From assembly GCA_965197905.1 (NCBI GenBank), contig CBDAOB010000001.1, positions 64,001 to 128,000 of the forward strand: 64,000 nt of DNA. Reading direction: 5' to 3'. How positions within the stretch are numbered: the first letter of the stretch is position 1; the number at the start of each line of letters is the position of its first letter. Position numbers and translations under genes: made by a program. The notes under the pieces are model-generated. The model saw only the letters and a program-made list of their open reading frames with translations, was not told the DNA's origin and made no database searches. The stretch comes from Candidatus Latescibacterota bacterium. GTDB taxonomy: Bacteria; Latescibacterota; UBA2968; UBA8231. Shown here one piece after another: positions 23,111 through 34,287 of this stretch.

Positions 23111-25795
23111 ATGAGCCAGGTAATACGGCTGAGCGACGAAAAGGAGGAATTGGATCCCGTAGAGATCCAGGAATGGCTGGATTCCATGGACTACGTGTTG
23201 GCCAGCTATCCTCCGGATCAGGTGCGCCACCTTCTGGGGTTGCTGCAACTGCATGCCGAGAAGGAGGGTGTCAGCCTCCCGTTCAGCGCCAACACCGCCT
23301 ACATCAATACAATCAATCGAAACGACCAACCGGCCTTCCCCGGCAACCGGGAGATTGAGCGGCGGATCAAAAGCCTGGTGCGTTGGAACGCCATGGCGAT
23401 GGTGGTTCGGGCCAACAAGGAGGATGATGGGATCGGTGGTCACATCTCCACCTATGCCTCGGCAGCCACCTTGTACGAGATCGGGTACAACCATTTCTTT
23501 CGTGGCAAGGATCACCCCGACGGAGCCGACCAGATCTATTTCCAGGGACATGCCTCCCCCGGAGTCTACGCGAGGGCCTATCTCGAAGGGCGCCTGTCTG
23601 AAAAAGATCTGGGGAATTTCCGCCGCGAGTTGAAGGAAGGGGGCGGGCTTTCCTCTTATCCGCATCCGTGGCTGATGCCCGAATTCTGGGAATTCCCGAC
23701 GGTCTCCATGGGACTCGGTCCGATTCTTTCCATTTATCAGGCCCGCTTCAACCGCTATCTGGAGGATCGCGGACTGAAGGAGACCAAAAACTCCCACGTA
23801 TGGGCCTTCCTAGGCGACGGCGAAACCGATGAGCCCGAAACCCTGGGAGCGATAACACTGGCGTCGAGGGAAAAGCTAGACAACCTGATTTTTGTGATTA
23901 ACTGCAATCTGCAGCGGCTGGATGGCCCGGTGAGAGGCAACGGCAAGATTATCCAGGAGCTGGAAGCTGCCTTCCGCGGGGCCGGCTGGAATGTCATTAA
24001 GGTGATATGGGGTGAGGATTGGGATCCGCTGCTGGAGATGGATCACGATGGCATACTGACCCGGCGTATGGGCGAGGTGGTGGACGGCGAGTACCAGAAG
24101 TACACCGTCGAATCGGGGTCTTACATTCGCGAGCATTTCTTCGGAGCCGATCCGCGGCTTTCCTCCATGGTTCGCTCCTTCTCCGACGAACAGCTGCAGC
24201 GTCTGCGGCGCGGCGGACACGATCCGGAAAAGGTCTATACAGCGTTCCGCGCCGCCGTTGAGCATACCGGCTCGCCCACGGTGATCCTTGCCAAAACCAT
24301 CAAGGGGTATGGCCTCGGCGAAGCGGGGGAAGGCAAGAACATCACCCATCAACAGAAGAAGCTGAACGAAGATGAGCTAGGGGCGTTTCGCAGCCGCTTC
24401 GGAATCCCCATTTCGGATGAAGAGGTCGCCAAAGCGCCGTTCTACCGACCTCCAGAGGACAGTCCCGAGGTCAAGTATCTCCGCGCCCGCCGCCAGGAAC
24501 TCGGGGGGTTCGTGCCGGCGCGGCGCGTGCAGGCACCGCCACTTCCAACACCGGACCCTGCTGTGTTCGAGGAATTCACCCACGGCTCGGAAGATCGCAG
24601 CATCTCCACGACGATGGCTTTTGTCGCTCTCCTGCGAGCGCTGATGCGGGATGAAAATGTAGGCAAGTACGTGGTTCCCATCGTGCCGGACGAGGCGAGG
24701 ACCTTCGGCATGGAAGCGCTTTTTCGACAGTTCGGCATCTACTCGCACGTGGGCCAGCTCTACGAACCGGTGGACAAGGCTTCGCTCCTGTACTACAAGG
24801 AGGCCACCGACGGGCAGATTCTGGAGGAGGGTCTCACGGAAGCTGGCTCCATGTCTTCGTTTATTGCGGCAGGCACCGCCAATGCCACCCACGGCGTCAA
24901 CACGATCCCGTTCTTCATCTACTATTCCATGTTCGGCTTGCAGCGGGTCGGGGACCTGGTCTGGCTGGCCGGCGACATGCGTTGCCGTGGATTTCTGGTC
25001 GGCGCTACCGCCGGCCGCACCACCCTGAACGGGGAAGGGCTGCAGCACGAGGATGGCAACAGTCACCTGCTGGCGTATCCCGTACCGAACCTGGTGGCCT
25101 ACGATCTGGCGTTCGCCTACGAGATTGCCGTGGTGGTGAAGGAAGGCATTCGTCGCATGTATCAGGAGCAGGAGGATGTCTTCTATTATTTGACGGTAGA
25201 GAACGAGGATTATCCCATGCCGCCGATGCCCCCGGGGGTGGAACAGGGCATCATCAAGGGGATGTACAAATACAAACCCGCGGACAAGAAGCGGAGCAAG
25301 CTCAAGGCCCAGCTGTTTGCCAGCGGTCCAATCTTGAACAGCGCCCTGGAGGCACAGACAATGCTGGCCGAGCAATTCAACGTAGCCGCCGACGTCTGGA
25401 GCGTCACCAGCTTCAAGGAGCTCTACAAGGAGGCCAGCGCCACCGAGCGCTGGAACCGGATGCACCCTACGGCTCCTGCTCGCAAGACCTACATCGACGA
25501 GTGCCTCGATGGTGAAAAAGGTGTATGTGTCATCGCCTCTGACCACGTGCGCACGCTGCCGGATTCGATCTCGGCCTGGTTCCCCGCCGATACGGTATGC
25601 CTGGGCACCGACGGATTTGGCCGCAGCGACAGTCGCGAGGCGTTGCGCGACTTCTTTGAGGTCGACGCACGATTCATGGTGCTGGGTGTACTCGAGGCCC
25701 TTGCCAAGCAAAAACAGATCGAGAAGGCTCTCGTGGAAAAGGCTATGAAAGAGTTGCAGATCGACCCCGAAAAACCGAACCCGGCCAGCAGCTGA
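23111..25795 (+). CDS. aceE: Pyruvate dehydrogenase E1, homodimeric type, copy 1
   Basis: GGHISTYAS, SSYPHPWLMP, GDGETDEPE, NCNLQRLDGPVRGN, PDEARTFG, GEGLQH, GTDGFGRSD. Confidence 0.96.
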   Translation: MSQVIRLSDEKEELDPVEIQEWLDSMDYVLASYPPDQVRHLLGLLQLHAEKEGVSLPFSANTAYINTINRNDQPAFPGNREIERRIKSLVRWNAMAMVVRANKEDDGIGGHISTYASAATLYEIGYNHFFRGKDHPDGADQIYFQGHASPGVYARAYLEGRLSEKDLGNFRRELKEGGGLSSYPHPWLMPEFWEFPTVSMGLGPILSIYQARFNRYLEDRGLKETKNSHVWAFLGDGETDEPETLGAITLASREKLDNLIFVINCNLQRLDGPVRGNGKIIQELEAAFRGAGWNVIKVIWGEDWDPLLEMDHDGILTRRMGEVVDGEYQKYTVESGSYIREHFFGADPRLSSMVRSFSDEQLQRLRRGGHDPEKVYTAFRAAVEHTGSPTVILAKTIKGYGLGEAGEGKNITHQQKKLNEDELGAFRSRFGIPISDEEVAKAPFYRPPEDSPEVKYLRARRQELGGFVPARRVQAPPLPTPDPAVFEEFTHGSEDRSISTTMAFVALLRALMRDENVGKYVVPIVPDEARTFGMEALFRQFGIYSHVGQLYEPVDKASLLYYKEATDGQILEEGLTEAGSMSSFIAAGTANATHGVNTIPFFIYYSMFGLQRVGDLVWLAGDMRCRGFLVGATAGRTTLNGEGLQHEDGNSHLLAYPVPNLVAYDLAFAYEIAVVVKEGIRRMYQEQEDVFYYLTVENEDYPMPPMPPGVEQGIIKGMYKYKPADKKRSKLKAQLFASGPILNSALEAQTMLAEQFNVAADVWSVTSFKELYKEASATERWNRMHPTAPARKTYIDECLDGEKGVCVIASDHVRTLPDSISAWFPADTVCLGTDGFGRSDSREALRDFFEVDARFMVLGVLEALAKQKQIEKALVEKAMKELQIDPEKPNPASS

Positions 25796-25826
25796 GGTCG
25801 GACTCGCCACCGGTCAGAAGATCCTG

Positions 25827-27479
25827 ATGAAACACGAATTCAAGCTCCCAGATCTTGGTGAAAACATCGAAGGCGGAGACATCATCGGGGTTCTGGTAGC
25901 CGTTGGGGACCAGCTGGCCGAAGATCAGCCCGTCATCGAGCTGGAAACGGACAAAGCGGTCATAGAGGTGCCGTCCTCGGTCGCGGGCAAGATCGTCGAC
26001 ATCTATGTGAAACAGGGTGATCGCGCCGTGGTTGGGGCAAGCATCCTGTCCGTCGAAGCAGATAGTATGGATGGGGCAGAGCCGGATCTTGTGGAAACTG
26101 TGGAGCCGGTGCAGACCGAAGCAGTCACCGAGACGGTTCCGACTGTGGTTGAATCGACGACGGTGCCTGCACCCACCAGCTCCGCGACATCCTTCGAGTT
26201 TCGCTTGCCCGACCTGGGCGAGAATATCGAAGCGGGAGAGGTGGTAAACCTGCTGGCGAAGTCCGGTGACAGCGTTGCCCAGGATCAACCACTCATTGAA
26301 CTCGAAACCGACAAAGCGGTAATCGAGGTTCCCTCTTCCGTCAGCGGTACGGTGGTGGAGATGCACGTAACCGTTGGCGACAGGGTAGCGATCGGCCAGC
26401 TCGTCGCCACGCTCTCCGGCGCCGGTGCGATGCCGTCGGCACCGCCGGCGAAAACTACCGCGTCTGCAGCCCCCACCGCTCCTGCCGCCACCGCGGCAGC
26501 GGCAGCGGCCAGCCCGGAGCGGGTCGCCCCGACTGTTCAGGCAGTGGACTCCGCACCAGACGCGCCGGCGAAGCTCGTTCCCGCGGCGCCGTCGGTAAGA
26601 CGTCTTGCCCGCGAGATCGGCGTAAACATAGCCGCAGTAGAAGGCACCGGTCCTGGTGGCCGCATTTCGCAAAACGATGTAAAGGCCCATGCCCGCGCGC
26701 TCAACACTGAGCGCGCCGCAGCACTGGCGGAGGGTCCTGCGACCGGCGCTATGCCGCTGCCCGATTTCAGCCAGTGGGGCGAGATCGAGCGCGAGTCGAT
26801 GAGCAACGTGCGACGCACTACGGCAGTTCGCCTGAGCCAGGCGTGGGCAACTATTCCGCACGTCACGCAGTTCGACAAAGCAGACGTCACCGAGCTGGAG
26901 ATAGCGCGCAAGAAATTTGCCAAGAAGGTGGAAGCTGCAGGCGGCAAGCTGACGCCTGCAGCCATCGTTCTCAAGGTGGTCGCCTCCGCTCTCAAGGTGT
27001 TCCCCCAGTTCAGCGCCAGCATCGACATGGCCAACCAGGAAGTCATCTACAAGCGTTATTCCCATATCGGCGTGGCGGTGGATACCGACCGGGGGCTGCT
27101 GGTGCCAGTGGTTCGGGATGTCGATCAGAAGAATCTGATAGAACTAGCCCTGGAGCTGGGGGAGATCGCGGCCAAGGCCAGAGGGAAGAAGCTGCGTCCC
27201 GACGACATGCAGGGTGGCTGTTTTACAGTAAGCAATCTCGGCAGCATCGGCGGGACCGGCTTCGCGCCCATCGTCAATCCACCCGAGGTCGCGATTCTCG
27301 GAGTGGCGCGCAGCGTTCAGGAACCGGTTTTCCTGGATGGTGAATTCAAGCCCCGGCTGATGATGCCGCTCTCCCTCTCCTACGATCACCGCTTGATCGA
27401 CGGCGCAGACGGCGCCCGATTCCTTCGTTGGATCTCCGAGGCGCTGGAGAATCCTCTGCTGATTCTCCTCGAGGGTTAG
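25827..27479 (+). CDS. aceF: Dihydrolipoamide acetyltransferase E2 with two lipoyl domains
   Basis: Two ELETDKAVIEVPS lipoyl motifs, PSBD AAPSVRRLARE, catalytic YDHRLIDG. Confidence 0.95.
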   Translation: MKHEFKLPDLGENIEGGDIIGVLVAVGDQLAEDQPVIELETDKAVIEVPSSVAGKIVDIYVKQGDRAVVGASILSVEADSMDGAEPDLVETVEPVQTEAVTETVPTVVESTTVPAPTSSATSFEFRLPDLGENIEAGEVVNLLAKSGDSVAQDQPLIELETDKAVIEVPSSVSGTVVEMHVTVGDRVAIGQLVATLSGAGAMPSAPPAKTTASAAPTAPAATAAAAAASPERVAPTVQAVDSAPDAPAKLVPAAPSVRRLAREIGVNIAAVEGTGPGGRISQNDVKAHARALNTERAAALAEGPATGAMPLPDFSQWGEIERESMSNVRRTTAVRLSQAWATIPHVTQFDKADVTELEIARKKFAKKVEAAGGKLTPAAIVLKVVASALKVFPQFSASIDMANQEVIYKRYSHIGVAVDTDRGLLVPVVRDVDQKNLIELALELGEIAAKARGKKLRPDDMQGGCFTVSNLGSIGGTGFAPIVNPPEVAILGVARSVQEPVFLDGEFKPRLMMPLSLSYDHRLIDGADGARFLRWISEALENPLLILLEG

Positions 27480-27483
27480 CCCG

Positions 27484-28896
27484 TTGGAGAATCAGCTCGT
27501 CGTGCTCGGCGCCGGCCCCGGAGGATATGTCGCAGCTTTCAAAGCGGCCGACATGGGCATGCGGGTTACCCTCGTCGACGCCGCTGTGAATCCCGGCGGG
27601 GTTTGTCTCTATCGCGGTTGCATTCCGTCAAAAGCACTGTTGCATGTGGCGAAGGTCCTGAGTGAATCCAAGGAAGCCGTCGAATGGGGCGTAGCGTTCG
27701 AACCACCGACCATCGATGTAGACAAGCTTCGCGGCTGGAAAGATGACGTCATCGGCAAGATGACCGGGGGTCTTGGCCAACTCGTAAAAGCACGCAAGAT
27801 CGACTACCAACAGGGTCGAGGCACCTTCCTGGACGATCGAACGCTGCGTATCCACCGCGAAGAAGGAGGTGATGTCGAGCTCAGTTTCGAACACGCAGTT
27901 CTTGCCACCGGTTCGCTGCCCGCCACCATTCCGCTCTTCGACATCGGCAGCGACCGCATTCTCGATTCCACCTCCGCCCTCGAGCTGTCCGATATTCCCG
28001 AGACCATGCTGGTGGTTGGCGGAGGTTATATCGGCTTGGAGCTGGGCTCCGCATACGCGGCGCTGGGCACCTCGGTTTCGGTGGTGGAAATGACCGACGG
28101 ACTGATTCCACCGGCTGACCGCGACCTCATCAAACCGCTTGCCCGCCGACTCGAACGCGATTTCGAACAGATCATGCTCAGCACGAAGGTCGTGGGGGTT
28201 CAGGAGGAAGGAGCCGGAGTGCAGGTGGACTTCGAGAAGGCTGACGGGAGCTCGCTCAGCGGCAACTACGACAAGCTGCTGGTCGCCGTCGGTCGCAAAC
28301 CTAACTCGACCGGTCTGGGACTGGAACAGACCTCGGTCAAGCTCGATGAAAAGGGGTTCGTGCTGGTCGACCACCAGCGCCGGACGGCGGCCTCGTCCAT
28401 TTTCGCGATAGGCGATATCGCCGGCGAACCGATGCTCGCTCACAAGGCGTTCCACGAGGCAACCGTGGCGGTGGAAGCGATCGGCGGCCACAAGATCGCC
28501 TACGAGCCAAACGCGATTCCAGCCGTAGTTTTCACCGATCCGGAAATCGCCTGGTGCGGGCTCACAGAGCGAGAGGCGGCGGAGCAGCAGCGGCCAGTGG
28601 AGATCGCCCGCTTCCCCTGGGCGGCATCCGGGCGCGCAACTACCCTCGGCAGCAGCGACGGCCTCACCAAGCTCGTGGTCGATCCGCAGACCGAACGCGT
28701 CCTGGGCATGGGCATCGTCGGCACTGGAGCCGGCGAGTTGATTGCGGAGGGGGTGCTTGCCGTCGAAATGGCCGCCCTGACTGCAGACATAAAGCTCAGC
28801 ATTCACCCCCATCCCACCCTCTCAGAGACGGTTATGGAAGCGGCCGAAGCCTTCTTCGGCGAAAGCGCCCACCTCTACGCCCCCAAGAGGAAGTAG
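27484..28896 (+). CDS. lpdA: Dihydrolipoamide dehydrogenase E3
   Basis: GAGPGGY, GGVCLYRGCIPSK, GGGYIGLE, HPHPTLSE. Confidence 0.96.
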   Translation: MENQLVVLGAGPGGYVAAFKAADMGMRVTLVDAAVNPGGVCLYRGCIPSKALLHVAKVLSESKEAVEWGVAFEPPTIDVDKLRGWKDDVIGKMTGGLGQLVKARKIDYQQGRGTFLDDRTLRIHREEGGDVELSFEHAVLATGSLPATIPLFDIGSDRILDSTSALELSDIPETMLVVGGGYIGLELGSAYAALGTSVSVVEMTDGLIPPADRDLIKPLARRLERDFEQIMLSTKVVGVQEEGAGVQVDFEKADGSSLSGNYDKLLVAVGRKPNSTGLGLEQTSVKLDEKGFVLVDHQRRTAASSIFAIGDIAGEPMLAHKAFHEATVAVEAIGGHKIAYEPNAIPAVVFTDPEIAWCGLTEREAAEQQRPVEIARFPWAASGRATTLGSSDGLTKLVVDPQTERVLGMGIVGTGAGELIAEGVLAVEMAALTADIKLSIHPHPTLSETVMEAAEAFFGESAHLYAPKRK

Positions 28897-28902
28897 TGTG
28901 AT

Positions 28903-31569
28903 ATGGGCGAGTGTGACGATGATGCTGCCCTAGAAGCAGCCGAGACCGACGAGTGGCTCGAGTCCCTCGACTACGTGTTGAGCGTTGGCGGCGAAGAGCG
29001 GGTTAGAGAGCTTCTCGAGCGCCTGAGAGACCATGCACAGCGGTCAGGCGTGCCGCTGCCCACCACGGCCAATACCCCGTACATAAACAGCATCCCGCCC
29101 GATCGGCAGCCCCCCTACCCGGGAAGCCACGGGTTAGAGGAGCATTTGGGCAACATCCTGCGGTGGAATGCTATGATCATGGTGGTGCGAGCAAACAGCC
29201 AGGATCCAACCATCGGCGGACATCTCTCGACCTACGCGTCGGCCGCAACCCTCTACGAAATCGGTTTCAACCACTTCTTTCGTGGCAACGACGGAGAGAA
29301 CGCCGGCGACCATATCTATTTCCAGGCCCATACCGCGCCGGGCATCTATGCTCGCGCCTTTCTGGAAGGTCGGCTGTCGGAAGCTGAACTGAGCAACTAT
29401 CGACGCGAGCTGGCGCCGGGGGGCGGCTTGTCCTCCTATCCGCACCCCTGGCTCATGCCCGATTTCTGGCAGTTTCCCTCCGCATCCATGGGGTTGAGCC
29501 CGATCATGGCGATCTATCAGGCGCGTTTCAATCATTACCTGGAAGACCGGGATTTGAAAGCTGCTGGAAACACCAAGGTCTGGTCGTTTCTCGGCGACGG
29601 CGAAACGGACGAGCCGGAGACCCTGGGAGCAATCAGTCTAGCCGGCAGGGAAGGATTGGACAACCTGATCTTCGTGATCAACTGCAATCTGCAACGATTG
29701 GACGGTCCGGTTCGCGGCAACGGCAAGATCATCCAGGAGCTGGAGACGATCTTCAGCGGGGCGGGATGGAACGTCATCAAGGTGATATGGGGCAGCGACT
29801 GGGACCCGTTGCTGGCACTGGATAAGGAGGGACGGCTCGCGCGGCGCATGGGCGAGATCGTCGACGGCCAGTACCAGAAGTACACGGTGGAGAGCGGCGC
29901 CTACGGACGGGAGCACTTCTTCGGGGTCGATCCGCACCTGCTGGAGCTGGCGGATCAGCTTACCGATGAGCAGATTCGCACCATTCGGCGGGGCGGACAC
30001 GACCCGGAGAAGGTGTACGCCGCCTACAAGGCTGCTGTGGAACACGAGGGATCGCCGACGGTAATCCTCGCCAAGACGATCAAAGGGTACGGGCTCGGGG
30101 ACAGCGCCGAGGGCAAGAACATCGCCCACCAGCAAAAACGGCTCGACGAGGAGCAGCTGCGTTCCTTCAGGACCCGATTCGGCATTCCACTTTCCGATGA
30201 GGAGGTAGCCCGATTCCCGTTCTACCGCCCGCCGGAAGAGAGTCCCGAGCTAGAGTATCTCAAGGAACGGCGGCAATCCCTGGGCGGGTATCTGCCCCGA
30301 AGGGAGGTGTCGAACCCGAAGCTTGCGCCGCCTCCCGACGAGATCTTCGCCGACTTCGAAGCCGGCACCGGCGAGCGAACGGTCTCCACGACCATGTCCC
30401 TGGTGCGGTTGCTCACCCGCCTGCTGCACGATCCGGATCTGGGAAAATTGATCGTGCCGATCGTGCCGGATGAGGCGCGGACCTTCGGCATGGAATCGCT
30501 CTTTCGGCAGTGCGGAATCTATTCCCACGCCGGTCAGCTCTACGATCCGGTGGATCGGGACACGTTGCTGTATTACAAGGAAGCCCAGGACGGCCAGATC
30601 CTCGAGGAGGGGATCACCGAAGCGGGCGCGATGGCCTCCTTCATCGCCGCCGGCACCGCCTACTCCACCCACGGCATCAACGCCATACCTTTCTTCATCT
30701 TCTATTCCATGTTCGGAATGCAGCGGGTGGGAGATCTCATCTGGGCCGCGGGAGACATGCGGACCCGCGGTTTCCTCATCGGTGGCACTTCCGGTCGCAC
30801 GACCCTGAACGGCGAGGGGCTGCAACATCAGGATGGTCATAGTCACCTGCTGGCTTACACGATTCCGAACCTGGTTACCTACGACCCGGCCTTCAGCTAC
30901 GAACTGGCGACCATCATCCGCGATGGTATCCGGCGGATGTACGTCGACCAGGAGGATATATTCTATTACCTCACTGTCTTGAACGAGAGTTACTCGATGC
31001 CTCCGATGCCCGAAGGAGCGGAAGAGGGTATTTTGAAGGGCATGTATCGCCTTCGTGAGTCCGTCGCCGACAAAGCAATGGTTCACCTCTTCGGTTCCGG
31101 CTCGATTTTGAACGAAGCGTTGAAGGCGCAGGAGATTCTCCGGCAGCAGTACGAGGTAGAAGCCGATGTCTGGTCCATAACCAGCTTCAAGGAGCTGCAC
31201 CGGGATGGCGTCGAGACCGAGCGCTGGAATCTGCTGCATCCCGAAAAGGAGCCCAGGGTTCCCTATCTCACGCGCTGCCTGCAGAATGAGGAAGGTGCCT
31301 TCGTCGTCGCATCGGACTACATGAAGGCGTTGCCCAACTCCGTAGCTCGCTGGTTCCCGCACCCTCCCGTTGCCCTCGGCACCGACGGATTTGGCCGCAG
31401 CGATGGTCGCGGCGCCCTCAGAGATTTCTTCGAGGTGGACGCGCGCTATTACGTCCTGGGTGCCTTGGGTGATCTGGCGCGGCAGGGCAAGCTCTCCGCA
31501 GATCGGGTCTCGGAAGCCAGATCGGCGCTTCAGATCGACCCGGAAAAGATCGATCCACTGTGCCATTGA
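28903..31569 (+). CDS. aceE: Pyruvate dehydrogenase E1, homodimeric type, copy 2
   Basis: Same motif set as copy 1 (GGHLSTYAS, GDGETDEPE, GEGLQHQDG), clearly diverged. Confidence 0.94.
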   Translation: MGECDDDAALEAAETDEWLESLDYVLSVGGEERVRELLERLRDHAQRSGVPLPTTANTPYINSIPPDRQPPYPGSHGLEEHLGNILRWNAMIMVVRANSQDPTIGGHLSTYASAATLYEIGFNHFFRGNDGENAGDHIYFQAHTAPGIYARAFLEGRLSEAELSNYRRELAPGGGLSSYPHPWLMPDFWQFPSASMGLSPIMAIYQARFNHYLEDRDLKAAGNTKVWSFLGDGETDEPETLGAISLAGREGLDNLIFVINCNLQRLDGPVRGNGKIIQELETIFSGAGWNVIKVIWGSDWDPLLALDKEGRLARRMGEIVDGQYQKYTVESGAYGREHFFGVDPHLLELADQLTDEQIRTIRRGGHDPEKVYAAYKAAVEHEGSPTVILAKTIKGYGLGDSAEGKNIAHQQKRLDEEQLRSFRTRFGIPLSDEEVARFPFYRPPEESPELEYLKERRQSLGGYLPRREVSNPKLAPPPDEIFADFEAGTGERTVSTTMSLVRLLTRLLHDPDLGKLIVPIVPDEARTFGMESLFRQCGIYSHAGQLYDPVDRDTLLYYKEAQDGQILEEGITEAGAMASFIAAGTAYSTHGINAIPFFIFYSMFGMQRVGDLIWAAGDMRTRGFLIGGTSGRTTLNGEGLQHQDGHSHLLAYTIPNLVTYDPAFSYELATIIRDGIRRMYVDQEDIFYYLTVLNESYSMPPMPEGAEEGILKGMYRLRESVADKAMVHLFGSGSILNEALKAQEILRQQYEVEADVWSITSFKELHRDGVETERWNLLHPEKEPRVPYLTRCLQNEEGAFVVASDYMKALPNSVARWFPHPPVALGTDGFGRSDGRGALRDFFEVDARYYVLGALGDLARQGKLSADRVSEARSALQIDPEKIDPLCH

Positions 31570-31764
31570 GGACGGGAAAAACCTGCTAACAGCCTGGGGG
31601 GCGGGGAATTTTGTTCCCTCGCTCCCGAGCCGGTGACTACTGCTTAACTCACTTCTGACACAGTACTTACACCAACCTGTCTCAGTCCTCAGGAGACCCT
31701 TCATCAAGGTACGGTATTTGCAAACACCGCTTCCAGGAAACTCCCAGTCAAGTGGAAATGAAGG

Positions 31765-31977
31765 ATGAATACGTCACCGCTGTCACAGAATTTCGATATC
31801 CGCCTGGAACGGCTGAACCGCGAGATCCGGCAGGGTCTGGATGAAGTGCGCCGCCGCATCCACGAGCTGGAAAGGGTAGAGGAGAGCACCCGCCCCGGCG
31901 CTGCTGAAAAGGGTTCGGACTTCGGTGCCGTGCTGCGCGAAAGGCTGGAGCAGACCCAGAGTTCCCCACCGAAGTAA
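31765..31977 (+). CDS. Small hypothetical coiled-coil protein
   Basis: 70 aa with a heptad-like N-half; purine-rich sequence upstream; co-oriented with neighbours. Confidence 0.5.
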   Translation: MNTSPLSQNFDIRLERLNREIRQGLDEVRRRIHELERVEESTRPGAAEKGSDFGAVLRERLEQTQSSPPK

Positions 31978-32150
31978 AGGCTCATCCCCCGCCGGATAAG
32001 CCTCGTTGAAGCCGATCCACCTCCCCGATTTTTCCCTTGGTCGCCACACACCAGGGGCAGTATCTTCGTATTCTATTACTTTGTCGTCACCCTGTTGGAG
32101 CCGGTGCGATTCCGCGACAGGGCTACAACCACCCTCACCTGACTAATCAG

Positions 32151-34287
32151 ATGCGAACGAATACGAGATTGGCGTGGAGCACCGCCGGGATAAGCCTTCT
32201 CGTACTGCTGCCCTTTCTCGCTAGGTGGGTCATGCAGGAGACCGCCAGGTACCGAATCCGCGGCGACGAATCAAGGGTTTCCGAGCTTTTGGCCAACAAA
32301 AAGTTCAAGCAGGCTCGACGGCTGGCGACGAAGCTCGCCGCTCGCGAGGATCTCGAGCAGCAACCGCGCAACAAGCTCATTCTGCAGAAGGCTATCAGCG
32401 AGCTCTCCATGGGAAAACCGGAACAGGCGTACGCCGATCTGCACGAGATCGAAGGCACCCTGGAGCTGCTGGCGGATCATCTCAGTTTCTGGATGGCCCA
32501 GGCGCTGGAGAACATGGGTGAGCGCCAGGGAGCTATCTCCGCGTACGAGGACTTCCTCATGCGTTCCGAACACCGGGCGCTGCGGGACTCGGTCAGTCTC
32601 CGTCTGGCGACCCTCTACGCGAAACACAATAACTTCGAGCGACCCCTGGAACTCTACGAAGAGACGGTTCGCCGGTCCCCCCATTTGAGACCCGAGGCGC
32701 TCTTTCTCATGGGTCAGACCCTGGAAGCAGACGAGAGCCGGGAAGCGGCACGGAAGAAATGGAGACAGCTGATCGCCAGCTATCCCGCCCATCCCCGCGC
32801 CTTGCAGGCGGTTTGGAAGCTACCGGCCAAATCCGGTCCGCTGGGAGCGTATCGGCGGGCGATCGTCTACTACCGACATGGTCAACACCGCCGTGCAGCC
32901 CGCGCTTTCCGGCAGTTTCTTGCCAAGTACCCGAAGCACAATCTGGCCAGCGATGCGGAGTACCAGCTCGGCCGTTCTTACCTTGGTTCGGGCCAATATG
33001 CCAAGGCGGAACAAACCTTTTCGAAAGCACACCGGAAACACCGGATACCGGCCGCCCTCTATCGCATGGCGGGCATTCAGGTCAGAAAGAACCGCGACCT
33101 GGAAGCAACCGGCACCTACGAGCAATTCGCCGACAAGTATCCGCGTCACGAGCTCGCTCCCAGGGCGCTGTGGCAGGCGGCCAAAGCCGCCGAGCGCCAC
33201 AACCGGTTTGCCAGCGCCGAGCAGTACTACACAGCGCTCGCGGAGCGATACCCCGAAAGCGATTATCGCGAGCCGGCCGCCTGGAGCGTCGGTTTCATGC
33301 GCTATTGCCAGGACGAATACCGGGAAGCGATGCAGTTGTTCGGGGAGCTCGCCCTCTCGATGCGCGAGCCCCATCTGGTCGACCAGAGCTTTTACTGGGC
33401 TGGGAAGTCGGCGGAGCGCCTGAAGCTGAAACAGCGCGCCCAGAGCTATTTCACCAAGGCCGCCAGAGGTTTCCCTCGCTCATACTACTCGGCCCGTGCG
33501 TTGAGCCTGGGCTACTCGAATCCGACCCAGGTGAAACCGCGTCCGGGGCTGCGTGCACCTCCCGAAGATATGGCCGGGATCGACCAAATCGAATTCCTGC
33601 AACGAGCCGATATCCTGCACGAGCTCGGACTCGATCATCTGGCTGCGGTGGAACTGCGGGAGGTGGAGCGGATCAACACCAAGAATACCGCCGCCCTGAA
33701 GGTGATCAGGGACCGCTACGAGAGCTTCGGGCTATTGGACCGCGCACTGGTGATGGCGACGCGAATTGCCAACGCGGATTCCAGCGAGGCGACCCTGGCC
33801 CACCTCTATCCGGACTATTATTGGAGCGAAGTCGTCAAGGCGAGCCGGGAGGCCGATCTCGATCCCTACCTGATCCTGGCCGTCATCCGGCAGGAAAGTT
33901 TCTTCAACGAGGACGCCGTATCCCGAGTCGGGGCGCGGGGATTGATGCAGATAATGCCCCGCACCGGCCGCCGTCTCGCCCGCAGCATGGGGGTTGCGGC
34001 GGTTCGAGAGTCGGACCCTGTTCGACCCCTCGGTTTCCATTCGCATGGGCAGCCGCTTTCTCGGCGATCAGGTCCGGGCATTCGACGGTCAAACCAGCGG
34101 GATGGGGTTCCAGCTGGGCTTGGCGGCCTACAACGCGGGACCCCACATCGCCCGCAAGTGGATCGACCGCTTTCCTCTGGAGGATCCGGACGCCTTCGTG
34201 GAGCGGATTCCGTACCGCGAGACCCGACTCTACGTCAAGAAGATCTTGAAGAACTACACGATCTACAAAGCGTTGGCGGATGTCTGA
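32151..34287 (+). CDS. TPR-containing soluble lytic transglycosylase (Slt70-like); frameshift at the G5 run 33989-33993
   Basis: N-terminal TM and TPR repeats; [22 protein letters not shown], then in the next frame [23 protein letters not shown]. Confidence 0.9.

Noticed and set aside
25827..26420. Direct repeat within aceF
   Set aside because: Explained by the two tandem lipoyl domains; ordinary.
24377..28812. Long antisense ORFs opposite aceE/aceF/lpdA (and similar ones across the window)
   Set aside because: Shadow frames typical of GC-rich coding DNA, with no recognisable motifs.
31590..31632. GC-rich hairpin after aceE2 as an intrinsic terminator or riboswitch
   Set aside because: Imperfect stem with no clear U-tract, and no riboswitch consensus recognised.
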